A DNA stretch of 64,000 nt from Utricularia gibba (GCA_002189035.1 NEEC01000015.1:496001-560000), one strand, 5' to 3'; positions 35,318 through 50,976 are shown, numbered from the stretch's first letter. Numbers and translations: made by a program. The notes: a model not told the origin generated them from the sequence alone.

Positions 35318-36775
35318 TTTTAGATATTTTCGAGAATGTGTTTTCGAGATTTTGGGATTTTAATTTGAATAATATTGCTTATGCATTTATTAAATATTTT
35401 ATTGTATAATTTTTGCATATATTTAATTGTTATGTTTTAATTTATTGATTAATATAAATATTGTAATATATTATATTTAAATTTTTCAATATAAAATATG
35501 ATTAAATATATATATTATTAGAAAAGTATGTATTTATATGAATTTTTGTACAAAAATAAATAAAAAATAATTATGTGAAAATGAAATGGAACACTACAGT
35601 ACAAAGTTGGCTACATATTAGAATTCTGTGTACAAGTATTGGTGTGATGATGAATTCTCTCCCATAATCCCTAGCATTCGCGCCCGTGCTCCGACGCCCT
35701 TCAATTTTGACACTCGGCGTGAGCCATACGCCATTTTACGGGGTCTTCACTCGGTAGCGTCGTCCTTGGAGGCCGAGCGCAGCGCAGCGCATTACACTCG
35801 GCAACGAATCTCCGCGCACTCTCGGTGTTAGGTTTCAACCACATCCCGGCAACCACAAGACCCGGTATCCAGCCTTCCACTCGTGGACGACCCTGGAGTT
35901 TCAACATTGGGTAGTGGGTACGTCCCTCTTCGTCCTCGTACTTGCAAGGTGTTTCTTGAAGACCGTACTCTTGAGGACTGTTTGGAGTTTGTTACTTGCC
36001 TTTAATTGTAATCCACAATGAAAAATTAAGGGATTCAATGGTGGGTTTGTTAACGTTTCCTCTGGTTCCAGGATAAAAAAATCTGCATTTCGTTGTATTT
36101 GAAGTTTATTTCCCCAGGCATTGTACTTACTGCTTGCATCTCTAGGAATGATCAATCAATAAGTAAATTTCAATTTGAAATTGGGGGTACTATATTGATC
36201 AAAGTGGGTGGTATCACCTACATCGTTTTTGCTTATCTTCCAAAAGGTTTATGTGAGTTTAGTAATTTGGTTAAAAAATTAATAGAAAGTTGTGCTTATC
36301 TCTCTAAGGTTTGTTTTGTTTGGTTTGCATGCTCTCTGTCTATGAAGCTGTTTGATATTAAAGATTCTCTTTGATTTTTTATTGTAGGTAGGGTTGAATA
36401 TCTATGTAATATCTTTACTCGGAAGTTTTGAAAAATGAATGTACCGTCTTCGAGCAAGCATGAAGATGATGGCGAAGGTTATGCAGTTTTGGAGTTTAGG
36501 AGTTGTTTTTTAGGAATGGAATCTGGGATTTGTTTTGTCCACGCCTCGTTATGGATCATGGATTCCAGTTTTTGTCATCCATCTTTATACATATAAATAT
36601 GTAGACCTTTTACTATGTTTTCAATAGCCTGTCGCCATTGAGCCCTCATTTTAGCATTTGTTCCTCTATGGTTTGCAGTCTTGGTTGTTAACAACAGGCT
36701 TTATGTTTGTGTGAGCTTCTCATCTTAAAATGGCTGAAGAAAATGCAGCGTGTATGTTTTTATAGGTACGACAAA

Positions 36776-37687
36776 ATGGAATCTCACCAGCCAAGTAGTT
36801 CTTCCCCGACATTCCAGAAATGGAAAAAAGTTGCATACGGTGGAATGCAACCTGGGTATGATGATAATCACACCGATGATTCATTCTTGGAAGACATGAT
36901 AATGAATGCCAATGTGGTGAAGCGCAACTTGTTCAAGGTGATGCAGGACTCGGTTTCGATCACTCAGTACTTGTGCATTGTTGCTTTGGTTGTCTTGGTC
37001 TGGACTTACACCCTGAGATCCATCTTTAGCGAAACCTTGGTCTTGATACTTGGCATCATCCTCTTATGCTCTGGCTTTTTAGTCATCCTTTTAACTGCTG
37101 AAGTGCAACCATTGGATATGCTGCTCAACTATGTTCTGAAACTCTCCTTTTTCATTTCCGGTTTGTATCTTCTTTCTCCAGTATATCACACATTAACCAG
37201 ATCGATAAGCTCTGACTCGATCTGGGCACTCACAGCAACACTTATCATACTCCATCTCTTCCTCCATAACTATTCTTACTCCCCTGTAAAAGCTCCTGAT
37301 GCTCAGAATCAGTGGACTGTATCCAGTAACATCTCTCTCAATGCTTCAATTGTTGCCTCTCTTCTCATTGCTTCCCGTCTTCCTTCCAGGCTCCATGTCT
37401 TCGTTGTTGTACTCTTCTCCTTGCAGGTTTTCTTGTTTGCCCCATTCGTCAGCCACTGCATCAAGAAGTATTCTTTGAAAGTGCATCTGTGTTTCTCCAT
37501 GGCGCTTGTGGCTTTGACAATGGTGCTGCTTTACCATTTGCACAAGATGCTCTTCATTCTGATGCTGTGTTTAGTGGTTTTTGTGAATGTTGTTTGCCCT
37601 TTTTGGCTCATTAGGATTCAAGCTTACAAATTTGAGATCAATGGCCCTTGGGATGAGGCCAAGCTGTGTTTCAATGTAACAGAGTGA
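36776..37687 (+). CDS. PIGC: Phosphatidylinositol N-acetylglucosaminyltransferase subunit C (PIG-C/GPI2/SETH1), intronless CDS, 303 aa
   Basis: [59 protein letters not shown] and [13 protein letters not shown]; multi-TM. Confidence 0.95.
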   Translation: MESHQPSSSSPTFQKWKKVAYGGMQPGYDDNHTDDSFLEDMIMNANVVKRNLFKVMQDSVSITQYLCIVALVVLVWTYTLRSIFSETLVLILGIILLCSGFLVILLTAEVQPLDMLLNYVLKLSFFISGLYLLSPVYHTLTRSISSDSIWALTATLIILHLFLHNYSYSPVKAPDAQNQWTVSSNISLNASIVASLLIASRLPSRLHVFVVVLFSLQVFLFAPFVSHCIKKYSLKVHLCFSMALVALTMVLLYHLHKMLFILMLCLVVFVNVVCPFWLIRIQAYKFEINGPWDEAKLCFNVTE

Positions 37688-38640
37688 GATAGATTATAAG
37701 AGCATGCTTATGATTATATTTGGAGATGAAAACTTGTTTGATAGAGCATGAAACCTTATTCTATACTAAATCATGAGTTTTGATGAGAATTCTGAATTAA
37801 ATATTTTGATATTTGAGTTATTTAATATATGATTTATAATAAAAACATAAGTTTGCTAATTTGAAAACATTATTGTTCCCTTTATCTTAAAAAAGATTTT
37901 TTCTGTACATTTTCATTTACAAAATATTATGTTTCATATGAACATTTATATAATTTTTATATAAATTCCCAATTTTAAATTTTTTTTATTACATATATGA
38001 TATTCCATTTTGGAATAACATTTTCTACCAACATATCTAAGTCGAATTAATTTTTTTATTTTTACATAAATTAATCTCATATACATCTAATTCTAAATAA
38101 ATTAGAATATCGAGTTGTTATTGTTAATTTACATAATCACTATGGTACTTATATGAAAAAAATTTAACAATTGGGCACATTTACAATTAAAATAACTAAA
38201 TTTATTAACGAGCGTCGGACGCCACTAGTTCCCACATTTTGGAGTTTTTTTAAAATTAGTTCCCATCAATTACTATTTATCCCTATTGTTTAAACGATTT
38301 GATATAATTAGTCCTTATTGTTTGAAAAATAACTACATAATTAGTCTTCATTATTTTATAAATTGACACAATTAATATTTCATACACACTATTCGCATAA
38401 ATAGTTTGATAATTGAACGTTGACCTTCTAATGCCAACTTACAATGTAAAATATTTTCACTACACAATCTTTTTAAAATTTTCTAAAATATCAATTTATT
38501 TTATTTATTATTATCATTCTAATTTTGATAACATGCTTGTTACACGTATTAATGTTAGAGACAAATGAATGGTGGCCACTTGCCAGGTTCACACAAGTTG
38601 GAGCTCGTTTATAAAAATACCCACTGTCAACACAAATTAG

Positions 38641-38653
38641 TTGGGGTGGGTGA
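38641..38653 (-). promoter_or_regulatory. AC-like (MYB) element upstream of HCT
   Basis: TCACCCACCCCAA on the minus strand about 175 bp upstream of the HCT ATG. AC elements are typical of phenylpropanoid promoters, but the match is short. Confidence 0.3.
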
Positions 38654-38660
38654 GCTGTAG

Positions 38661-40293
<1,633 letters not shown>

Positions 40294-41806
40294 TGATCAT
40301 GATTTGGGCTCACGTACTACTACTTGCTTCCAATGATTTCTAGTAGTCATTTATTTTAATTGCCACATCCAATATGAACATGTGGTACCATTTGATGATT
40401 GGTATTAAAATTTGAATAATTCATGTTTTCCTTTAATTACTCTAAATTGTGGCTTGAGCACAAGATGTAATATATCCGAAATAATGAGAATCTAGTACAA
40501 CATCTTCATTTTTATTTGGAGTTTCATATCGAAACTCAGTTGAAATCATACCAAATATAATGATTCATACTCTCACTACGTTCTAAATTGATTTTAAATA
40601 AAGCAAAAATTTAGAAAATGTTTTTGAATAAGATTTTTACCATTTGTTGCATTTCTATAATATAGTAAAATGATAATGTAAACATTGATCTTTAGTACAA
40701 TTAAAATATTATGAAACATAAATATGGTAGGTCTTAGAAATAATAAAATAGACCATGGTTTTTCAAAGATATCATAAATTAAATAAATATATAGTTCAAA
40801 ATTTTTTATAATTTAAAATAATATAATATCATTAAATGTTACCAAATATAGATACATGATGATATGCGTAGTTAGTATTTGGTTGATGTGGATGAAAAAA
40901 AATAAGTTTTAATTTAATTAAATTTAAATAAATATGATATAAAAAGATTAATTTTTTAAGTAATATTTAATCATTAAGATTAGAAATAGGATTAAATACT
41001 TTTAAGTAAAATAAGATGAACATATGGTTTTAAATAATGGGATTAAAAAATTATGTAATGTTTAGTGTGTTTAAAATTATTAATTAAATAATTTATAATT
41101 TATAATTCTAATTAATTTCATCAATTAACCAGCCCCGCATAATTTTTATTTATCTTTTCATACCCCGCACTAAGCCCTGGTATCTCTTTCTGGATTCTGA
41201 ACCGCGAACAAGTCGGAATGTTGACTTATGCAAATCTGATGAACGCCTCTGCGGAACTTGTTCGATAGCGAGCCGCTCGTTGGTAAATTAGTATGCTTCT
41301 AGTTTTCTTAAAGGAAATATCAAAGTGTTGTGCTTGGATTATGCAGTCTTGGAGTTTACGAGTTGTTTTTTATGAATGGAATCTGGGATTTGACTCAAAC
41401 ATTTAGGGTTTTTTGAGAAATTGATGCTGCTGCGGTAGGGTGTAGGAGTTTATTCTCATGTGTTCTTTTTGTGTACATAATGTATGATGAAATGCTTGAT
41501 TGATCGATCTGCCCATGCTTTTGTACTTGTACTTGTACTTGCTTCGTGCAATTTCTCTCCTAGAATATGCCTATATCGTTTTGATTATCTTCTGCAAGGT
41601 TTATGTGAGTTTAGGAATTTGGTAACCGTTTATGTACTCCAATCCTTTTTCTGGTGAGTTTATATCCCTGCATGATAATTTTTTTTCGTTTGTTTTGCAT
41701 GCTATCTGACTGGGGAGCTCTTTGATACCGAAGATTTTCTCTTGATTTCCTGTTGTAGGTAGGGTTGAATATTTCTGGAATATCTTTCATCACAAGTTTT
41801 TGAGAA

Positions 41807-44295
41807 ATGAATGTGCCGTCCCCAGACAAGCTTGAAGATGGTGGTGAAGAGTATTTTTTGGATGAAAATGATATAATTCATGATTATGATATTGATGAAG
41901 AAGGTACATGGTTGGCTGCTTTGCTTGTTGACTTCATGGCCATTGAATTCCGTTGTTCAATATATTCATGTGGATGGCATGGCTAGCGTGGTGCTTATTT
42001 TCTTTTAGAGAACCATCTCATTTTAATTGTTGTTGATGCTTTCTACTCTTCTTTTTCTATTAATTGAGTGATATCTTCAGAACTCCCCGACGCCATTGAG
42101 GAAGCAGGCTCTGATGGAGAACCAGACTATGGTGGGTTCTTTAGTCTTTTTTCTAACATCTTTATTATTCATGGGTTCTTTTCATTACAACGTATTACTT
42201 TTACTGAATTCTCTAAGAATTGTTATATTATTATTGACAGTTTATTTTCACTTTGAGTTTGCTGCATTTGAATATTAACATATTCATTAATTTGCATGAT
42301 AAGCAGAGGGAGCTGATGATTCCGTGCATATATTTAATGGTCATACAGGTGAACCTTGTTGTGATGCACTTTATCTATTTCCATTGAAGTAGTATGCTTA
42401 TCATTAAGCGAGTTTGATTATATATTCATGAAAAGCAGTTTCACTTAGTTAAAGAGGTTTTTTCGGGGCAGAGTAGTTTTTGTGCGAGGCACACCATACT
42501 TTCTATAGATGTTGTCGAATGGATAGAGCAGTTTTCAATAGTTTTGGAGGAAGGTGCCTAGATTGGGTCAAATGTATCTATTCTGTCTTTCAGTTTTTGT
42601 GATTGCAGATCTTTCTTATTGAAAGTGTAACAATTAGTTTTTTTTATAGCGCTGAAGTGAGTCTTTTGTTATGTAGATGAACTGTATGCCATTGCCTGTA
42701 GTCCCACCGATGCCACATTGGTGGCCACCGGTGGTGGTGATGATAAAGGATTTCTCTGGAGAATTTGCCAAGGAGATTGGGCTTTTGAGTTGAAAGGTCG
42801 GTTCACTCCTCTTTTCCTTATTTAATTTCCTCTTTAAAGGAAATGCTATGTTTTAGTGATTTCAGCTTAACTTCGTAAGTATCTTTCACAGGTCATCAGG
42901 AATCAGTCTCTAGTTTGTCATTTAGCACAGATGGACAACTTCTTGCAACTGGGGATATGAACGGAGTGGTTAAAGTATGGGATGTAGTCAGTGGACATCT
43001 GAAATGCACCCTTGAAGGCCCTGAAGAAATTCAGGTAAAACTGAATAAAACCTTCATATTGTTTACTCATGGTGCTTATATATAACTGTATACATATTTT
43101 AGTGGGTCAAATGGCATCCTAGAGGACATGTGGTGTTAGCTGGTTCAGTGGATTCGTCTATTTGGATGTGGAATGCTGACAAAGCGACGTATATGAATTC
43201 TTTTGCTGGTCATGGGAGTAGTGTAACATGCGGTGATTTTACTCCAGATGGTAATTCCATTTATTTAATCAATTGTAATTTTGCAGTTCATAACGGTTTC
43301 TTGCGTGATGATAATTGGCATTCTGAAGGGCGTAAAATATGTAGCTGTTCTGATGATGCGACTATGAGGATTTTCAATCCCACGAGTGCCACCGTTATTC
43401 ATGTAGTTGAGGGTATGCTTTGACTAGCTTGCATGTGTTGCTTTTCAATAGAAGCCTTGTAATATAATGATCCATCCGGGTTCAGGGATTGCTATATTAA
43501 ATTTGACACCTTCCTCTTTCTGTAATTCCAGGCCATCGATATCATTCCGATGGAGTCACTTGCCTGACCATCACATCTGATTCTTCGCTTGCACTTAGCG
43601 GAGCAAAGGATGGTTCCCTCTGTGTTGTAAACATAGAAACTGGGCAGGTGCCTTTTTTTGTTATCTTTTTCATTTTTACTTGTGGCACCAGCATACAGAA
43701 TGTGTACCTGATGCCTATGACTTACAATTTGCAGGTTGTTAGTTCCTTAAATGGGCATTCCGATTCAGTGGAGTGTGTTGCATTTGAGCCAAGGTTGGAA
43801 CCCTTTCCATCTAATCATTGCCTAACAATTTGAGCCAGCTCCTTTTGCTGCAACTTTGGTCGTGAAATGATATATTGGTGTAGCTCTCGACGAGATAAAT
43901 GGAGGGCTGCAACAGGTGCATTGGATAACAAGCTCATAATATGGGATCAGGATTCGTCTCCCCGTTGCACATGCGAGCATGAGGTCCGCACGGTTTTTAC
44001 TCTCCTCTCTCTTTCTTCTCATTCACCTTAAAGCCACCCTCAAGGGTATATGCATCTTATTTCGTAGTCTGGTGTCACCTGTTTGCTATGGCTCTCCGGT
44101 TCAAGATATGTCGCGACGGGCACGAACAGTGGGACTATTCACATTTGGGACAGTCTTTCTGGTAACCGTGCGAGAATACTCCGTGGACACACCGATAACA
44201 TCCAGTCCATTTCCACATCTAAAGATGGGCGCTTCTTGGTGTCTGCATCGCTTGATGGCACATCTCGAGTCTTCGAGATTGCTGAGTTTATTTAG
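41807..44295 (+). CDS. Angio-associated migratory cell protein / SQT1-like WD40 repeat protein, 11 exons
   Basis: Acidic N-terminus (EEYFLDENDIIHDYDIDEE), CSPTDATLVATGGGDDKGFLW, LEGPEEIQWVKWHPRGHVVLAGS and GHGSSVTCGDFTPDG. All introns are GT-AG and the frame is intact. Confidence 0.88.
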
Positions 44296-44690
44296 TTAGG
44301 CTTTCCAAAGACTGGAGGTATGTTGAAACCAGTGGCTCTTTTTAAGCTTCACATTAGTTCTGTTAAACCAGCCCGAAGGCGGTGGTTATTGGGACGTGTT
44401 GCGTATACATGAAAAACTGTGTAATTTTGAGTTATGGAATTGCATGAAGTTTCAATTATTTCCAGTAATTGTGTAGGCCATTTAATATTGATTTTAGTTT
44501 TCCCATTCAGCTGGCATGGGAAATCACCCTATCGAAGCTATTCCTCTTTTCGGTTTTTTTGCCATCGACAGTGATACTTCCCCATTGCATTGACAGCGAT
44601 TAAACTGGACGTTGAGAGAGAGTGTGTAGTTCGTAAAGCGATCAGGTAGCATAATATCGAACTTGGGCAGTAAGAAGTAGAAGAAGAGTC

Positions 44691-47600
44691 TCACCAGCGT
44701 TTCTTTCTCATCCTCTGGAAGATGGGCTTCAGCGGCTGGCTGGAGTCCGGGGCATGATTAGTATCTGCAGCCACAGCTGACTTGTAAGGAAGCATGAGGG
44801 GCTTCTTAACCGGAGTAGACACATGTACCGGGGACACCGCTGCCTTTCTCTTCAATCGATTCGGCACCTCAAGCCTTTCCAGTATTCTACTAGTTTTCTG
44901 GTCCAGTTCCTTGATGCTTCGTGATGGTGATGAGCTACCGAGATGATCCAGCTTCGCAAGGGATGTGCATTTAGGAGAGGCTGTTATGCCTTCCAGATCA
45001 GTAACGAGAAGCTGTTCCCATTCCTCGATAGTGCATGGACTCGTTGCAAGGGAGTCGCAGGTTGATGGCTTGAGGGTGTTTTGTGCCGACTCTGATGATG
45101 ACGGCGGTGGCGATTCTGTGTCCACTTGTGGAATCGTTTTCACGTGGCTGGTTACGGAATCACCGTGATTGCTCTCTAGAACAAGTGTGGTCTGCGTCAG
45201 CTCAGATGATTGTGGGACTGAACCAGTGGAAATTTTAGGAGGCACGGCACTGCAACAATGAATCAGTTCAAAAAGGAAGCAGTGATCAAGGAATCATGAA
45301 GATGAGAAGGGTACCTTAAGTGGAGGCTCTCCTTAACAAGGAAGTTGAGTTTCTGATGGAAGCCTCTTTCATGCTGGAGAGGATTGTAGTCACCTACTTC
45401 CACCTGGATGTCAGAAGCCAGAGAGGGACAGAACTGGTAAGTTTCCCCTAAAAGAGTTGATGCACAGGGAGAAAGAAAGAAGAATGTAGGCAGGCACTTG
45501 CCAAAAAAATGACGTTAACAAGATCACAGAAATAACTACTAACTGATTCAGGGAATAGCAGCTAGTCTGCTGTTATTTATATGAAATTTTCTTGGCAACC
45601 TTAGAATGCATGTGAGAAAAATTTCCATAGAGTTCAACCTTTTTCAAGGCGGATTGAACGGCTGTTTCTATCTCTTCACTTACAATGGAGTCAGTGACGC
45701 CAGGGGATGGCAAAAACTCTTCTGACGCTGAAAGCCTCTGTATAGCAGAAACATAGAGAATTATGAAACAAAATGGAGGTAAGTTGGCTGCAAGAATGGG
45801 TGGGAATTTTCTAGTTAATGATCTTGCGGTAAAGTGCAAATGAGCGAAGAATAGCAAGATGGTGACACACAAGGTTGAATTGAAATGTTTACTCTAGTCA
45901 TACGTGGAAAAGAAACTAATCTGAGATGCATATTTGATGCATGCAGGTAAACCTAATGAGCAAAATAATTACCCTGAGAAGCATCTGCTCTTGATGGGAA
46001 GGTAACAGAACATAATAGAACCGGAATGAAGTCTCCGTCAGAGTCTCAATGTTACAGTTTGTGTAGCAGACCAACCCATCATCAACAGAATTAAGAAAAC
46101 GGCATACTACTTGAAAAACTGCAGAATAGTAAAGAAAAAAGAGGACAGAGAGAAAGCGAAGATCAATTCACTCTTCATAGACCATGGTCATATTGGAGAG
46201 AACAAATGCTACTTACTTTGGGTGTTAAGCTCTGACTTTCCATTCTCTGAGCCTTTACCAGAAGATGGAGAAACATAGTAGCTGGCACCAGTTATTAGCC
46301 CTGATCAGATTAAAGTATAAAATTAAACGCACATAATGAGGTGCTTGCTTCTAAAGCCATAGTATCATTCAAGAAAAGAGTGACTTGCCAAGAACTGGCA
46401 TACCATAACGAAAGCTAAACTAATGCAATATCTGTCTCCTTTCCATCCCCTAGTTTCATAGGCTAAGGTGCGTATTTTCTGAAATGCCAAAGATATAAAC
46501 ATGCACCTTCGCTTAGTGATCCCAAGTTTGTCCTCTGAATGACATTAAATTCTATAGGACATGAAACTGGCTTCGGCTCTGGATGGTCCTGGAAAGATGG
46601 CATGTGGAGCACGGTAAACGCCCCAACCCTCACGGAGTTTTCAGTTGTATCAAAGGCCCCTTGTTGCTCATCTGTTATGGGAGTTGATGATGAGCAGGTA
46701 CTCTGCTTCTTATTTGAGTTGTATCTGGATGTCTGAATATAAACAAAAAAAGTTCATCCAATGAGTCCATGTTCAAAGCTACTTGGATGCCCAATTTAAG
46801 TTGTTACCCAGGATAGACCCTGGTAAATATTGAAAATGAAAATAATTGATAGTCTGAAACTGAATGCGCAAGAGAAATACACATGCAAATTTTAGAACTC
46901 ACGACCGTTGCTGAAGCTCAAAGAAGGATATGACAAACTTCAATACCTTAGAGTAAACGAACTCATCGTCAATGGAGTTGAAAGATCCACGCAAGTTACA
47001 ACATATACTGTTCACAGGGCCTAACAAATTTGTCTTAAAAACGAAACGAGCTTCTAAGGGGTCCTCACTTTCGTCCTGTAGCTCCAGGGACCATCTTTTG
47101 ATTAGACCATGTAATGCCTGTGGAACTGAGAGAATTTCTGACAGAGTCTGGATTCCATAAACGAAAAAACCTAGCCCCAATAATTTTTCTTGCCCATGCA
47201 TTTTTCTCTTCTTTTTAGATTGAAGGACTAAAGCAGTTTTTCATCATTCAAAAATGAGTGGTCTGATCCCTGATATGAAGAAGGAATAAGAATGCCAGTG
47301 GAATTCTAGATTTCATTTTACTAGATTGAAAAGTGCAGCATCATCATTTAAAGCCCATTCAGAGAACAAAGACCTACTACCTGAAATGCATTTCTGGAAG
47401 GAGCAGTTTTTAAGAGAAGCCAACTGCTGTTCAAAGTGGTCCATAGTCTCCATTACTCCTCCATTAAAGCTTGAGTTTTGGTCTAATAAAATAAATTCTA
47501 CAGTAACAACATTTTCAGATGCATCCTGCAAAGAAAGTCGTGAGATGTGTGGTTCCAAGCATGATTATCCAACGCAAACAAATTATTTCTTCCTACCACC

Positions 47601-48440
47601 AGTGCCTTCATCATCACCGAGTCCAGTGTCACGAAGTAAAGAGAAGTTATCAAAATAACTTTTTTTGTATCATTCGAATCACTCGATGCCCACGGATATG
47701 CTACTTTTTGACTCAGAAGATCTGCCAGCTTGATGTCTACCCCTCAAAAAAAAATCAACACCAATAAATGAAATCAATAGCTTTCACTAGAAAAACTATT
47801 TTATGATGAAGAAATGGGATGCGATACGCACACAGGTCACAACAGTTGTTGTCATCTGGTGCACAACCATCCGAGGGTAGAGTGTTCAGAGCATGGTGGA
47901 GCTCACGCAAGTTGAAGTTTCCCTGGGGGTTATATGCAATCTTCAGCTGGTAGAAAAAAACACCATCAGGCATGAAGTCAAGTAACAAAAATTGCAATTC
48001 TCAAACTAGTTTCACAAGAACGCTTTCTGATGGCCTGTCCATGAACAGTAAACCAACACAGCGTAAAAATAAGAGGTAAAATTGTAAAAGATAGTTTACT
48101 TCACTGCAGCAAGTAGTTCTATTCCGTACTACATAGCAAATCCCAATGCGATCAACCTGATGCTTCGAGCCAATCCTCGGACGAGAAACCGCGTAGTAAT
48201 TTGCGAGCTGAAACAACGACTGATACAACCGGCAAAAGCACAGTGAAGAATTCGACTACAATTCAATATCATCGTCCATCTTCAACTTATTATCACTAGG
48301 TTATTCTTCGAATCAGTCAGCGGAAACGAATTCTTCAGGTGTCCGTAAAAAACGGAGGATCGTTCTATTACCTGCTTCAGATTACGAAACACCGGAGGCG
48401 ACAAGCTTCTCAAATCCAGCACAAAGCAAAGTAGCACCAT
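44691..48440 (-). CDS. Uncharacterised 12-exon protein (about 640 aa), probable M1AP (meiosis 1 arrest protein) homologue
   Basis: The exon chain from ATG 48440 (MVLLCFVLDLRSLSPP) to TGA 44691 is open with GT-AG introns. The gene call is strong; the M1AP assignment rests on remembered motif similarity (see findings). Confidence 0.75.
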
Positions 48441-48789
48441 TTTCCGAACTCCTCCTCTGCGCTTCCCGCCTTCAAAGTTTATCCGACCGGACAAATACTC
48501 GCTTCAGATATTCACGGCAACATATCGATTGACAGAGGTTGCGGTTTCTCTTATATAGATATTCTTTATGAGAAATGGGTTTTTATTATAATTCATTTTT
48601 TGGCTCGAGAACCCGACGATTCGCATATAACTGAAAGCTGCGTGTGAAAGAGAACGCCATTACAAACTCTAAACCTTAGAAGGAAGGAACAAACGGCCAA
48701 AAGAACAGGTCCGGACAAAATCCAGAATGCGAAACTAACCACCAAACAAAATTCAAGCACCAGATGATTGTCTTCTTCTCCAGAGCCGA

Positions 48790-50976
48790 TCAATCATCCC
48801 TTCTCGTGTTCCTTCTACGAGGAGCAGCAGCAGCATCACCATCATTCTCGTCTTTATCGTCAGTAATCTCCTGAATGTCCGAAGACTGGGCAATGTTCGT
48901 TGCCTCCTTGCTCTCAGCCTTGGCTTGAGGAGCCTGTAGTGCAACATTACAATGATGGTTAGATCACACCCAAGCAGCAAGGGTTGCGCTCAAGTCAATG
49001 CTGGAATAGTGAAGAGATAACTTACCGGCTTCTTACGACCGAAAACTAGCCTGAAGAAAAGAGACAAGATGATAACCACGATGGAGACAAGGACACCAAT
49101 TGCGAGGTTGGGTTGCTTCTCAGCCTTCTCAATCAGGTCCTGAAAATGAAGAACGATTGCAGGTTAAGATACATATGATATGGAGTAGCTAATGATCCAT
49201 CTTAGTTAGTTATACCAACACTTACCAAAACCTTGCCCTTGTGTTCACCCAAGAAAGGGAGGTCAGCGGCCTTGTAAAGGTAGTCGAACACCACTTTCTG
49301 ATTTGGTTAAACAAGAGAACCTTCAGCATGAAGGGTGAATAAAGGAAAGGGGGTTTAAACAAGTATCCTCAATCAATTACCTGGAAACCCTTGAGCCCAT
49401 CGGAGCCACTGGGTTCTTCAGCTTTTTGTTTCTCTTTCTCAGCCTCGAACTTGGGCTTCCAGTTAGCATCACGGTATGATGCTGCAACTTTCTCGCTTGA
49501 AGCAACCAAAATGTTGTCAAACAGTATACCATCTTGCATTGTCCAAATTTCAATTCCAATAGCAGCAATTGGTTCATAGTTTGGACTGTCGAGCTCAAAA
49601 TACTCAGGATTATCAATGTCCCTGGGCTTCCATATTCCCTTGTAATTGGGGTTATCGATGAGCGGGGCGCGCCATTTTCCCTTGTAAGCAGGGTTCTTCT
49701 TCTTTGGCCTCTTCCACTCACCACATCCAGGAGCTTCTTGACACTTGGGATTTTCAATCTTAGGTGCCTCAAACTCACCATCCTCCTCATCATCCCAATC
49801 TTCAGGTTTTGTTGCATCTGGATCATCGATTTCCTCAGGCTCATCATCCAACCACCCTTCAGGTTTCACAGCATCTTCGTCATCAATTTCCATTGGAGCA
49901 TCCTCATCCCAGTCATCCGGTTTTGTTGCATCCGTATCAGGAATTTTCTCCCTCTCATCCCAATCCTCTGGTTTCTTATCATCCGGATCGGGGATGGTCT
50001 TAGGAGGAATAATTGGTGGTTCAAAATCATCCTTAGATAGAATATTGGTCTTCTTCTTCTCTTCGCCATCAATCAGAATCCTCAATTCATTATCCGGCTT
50101 CAAAATGGCAGTGTAGACATGGGTCAACTTGTCATACGGCACAGAGGGTGGAAGCTGGAGATGGTGTTCAACAAAGTTTCCAGTCTTTGGGTTTTTGTGC
50201 TTCAGAATGAAGTGAACCTTGTTTGTTGCACCACATTTATCGGGTCCAAACATTATTGTGTAAGGTGACTCATTATCAAACTCCTTCGGAGTCCAACCAG
50301 CTTCCTGAGGCCTCAAGAATTTGATATAAGCACCACCACATTCAAGTCCTTCTTGGAGACGAACCTCATACTGAAGTACAACGGTTCCATCTTTCAGGTC
50401 CACGGGCTCATCAAGTTCCTTCACAATTGCATACTTCCGTGCCTTCTCACTCACAAGAAGCCCATAATCATCGTGTCCTTCACTCTTTTCGTGTTTCCAA
50501 ACGCCTGATATTATAAAACATTTTAAAGAAAATTTAAAATTACAATTTCAGCACCTAGAAAGTCACAAGCTTGAACTACTTTCCACACAAAAAGCACAAA
50601 CGTTAATACATTCGCTATTTCCCAATCGAGAAAATAAACAGAAACTTCAAACCAAACCAGGAAACTCCAGGAGCAAAATCTCTAGACATATAATTGTTAA
50701 GACAAAAAGGAGCAGGAAAACAAAAACAAATCTCACCCGTATATTCCTTATTCTCAGACAAAGTCCATGTCCCCTTGAAGTCCTCATCAAACGATTCATA
50801 GAATTTCTAAACGGAAAGCGAAAACAACAAACTCAAAACACCAATAAAATTAATAAACGATGATATCAAAATAAAGAAAAGCATTAAAGGAACACTACTC
50901 ATACCACATCATCGGAGGCGTGTAGACTCCCAAAGAAGCAGGCTATCGCCAGCAACAGCAGCAGAAACGATTTCAT
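48790..50976 (-). CDS. CNX1: Calnexin, 6 exons
   Basis: Signal peptide [33 protein letters not shown]-domain repeats ([26 protein letters not shown]), a TM segment and C-terminal [10 protein letters not shown]. Confidence 0.97.

Larger units (their letters stand above)
31850..35659 (+). mobile_element. MuDR/MULE DNA transposon with degenerate TIRs of about 110 bp and a decayed transposase
   Basis: The left end (ATCACACCAA...TAGCCAACTTTGT, about 31850-31975) is the inverted match of the right end (ACAAAGTTGGCTA...TTGGTGTGAT, about 35540-35659). Internal MuDR domain (CEWRVR), MULE domain (VDVTHL, LVTDHGAGL, RFCMQHL) and SWIM remnant with stops. No TSD found. Confidence 0.85.

Noticed and set aside
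31830-35672. Target-site duplication for the MULE
   Set aside because: The 9-bp flanks do not match for any end position I tested.
38208-38229. Possible Helitron 3' end (GCGTC-G-GACGC hairpin then CTAGT)
   Set aside because: The hairpin is short and too close to CTAG, and no 5' TC end or internal homology was found.
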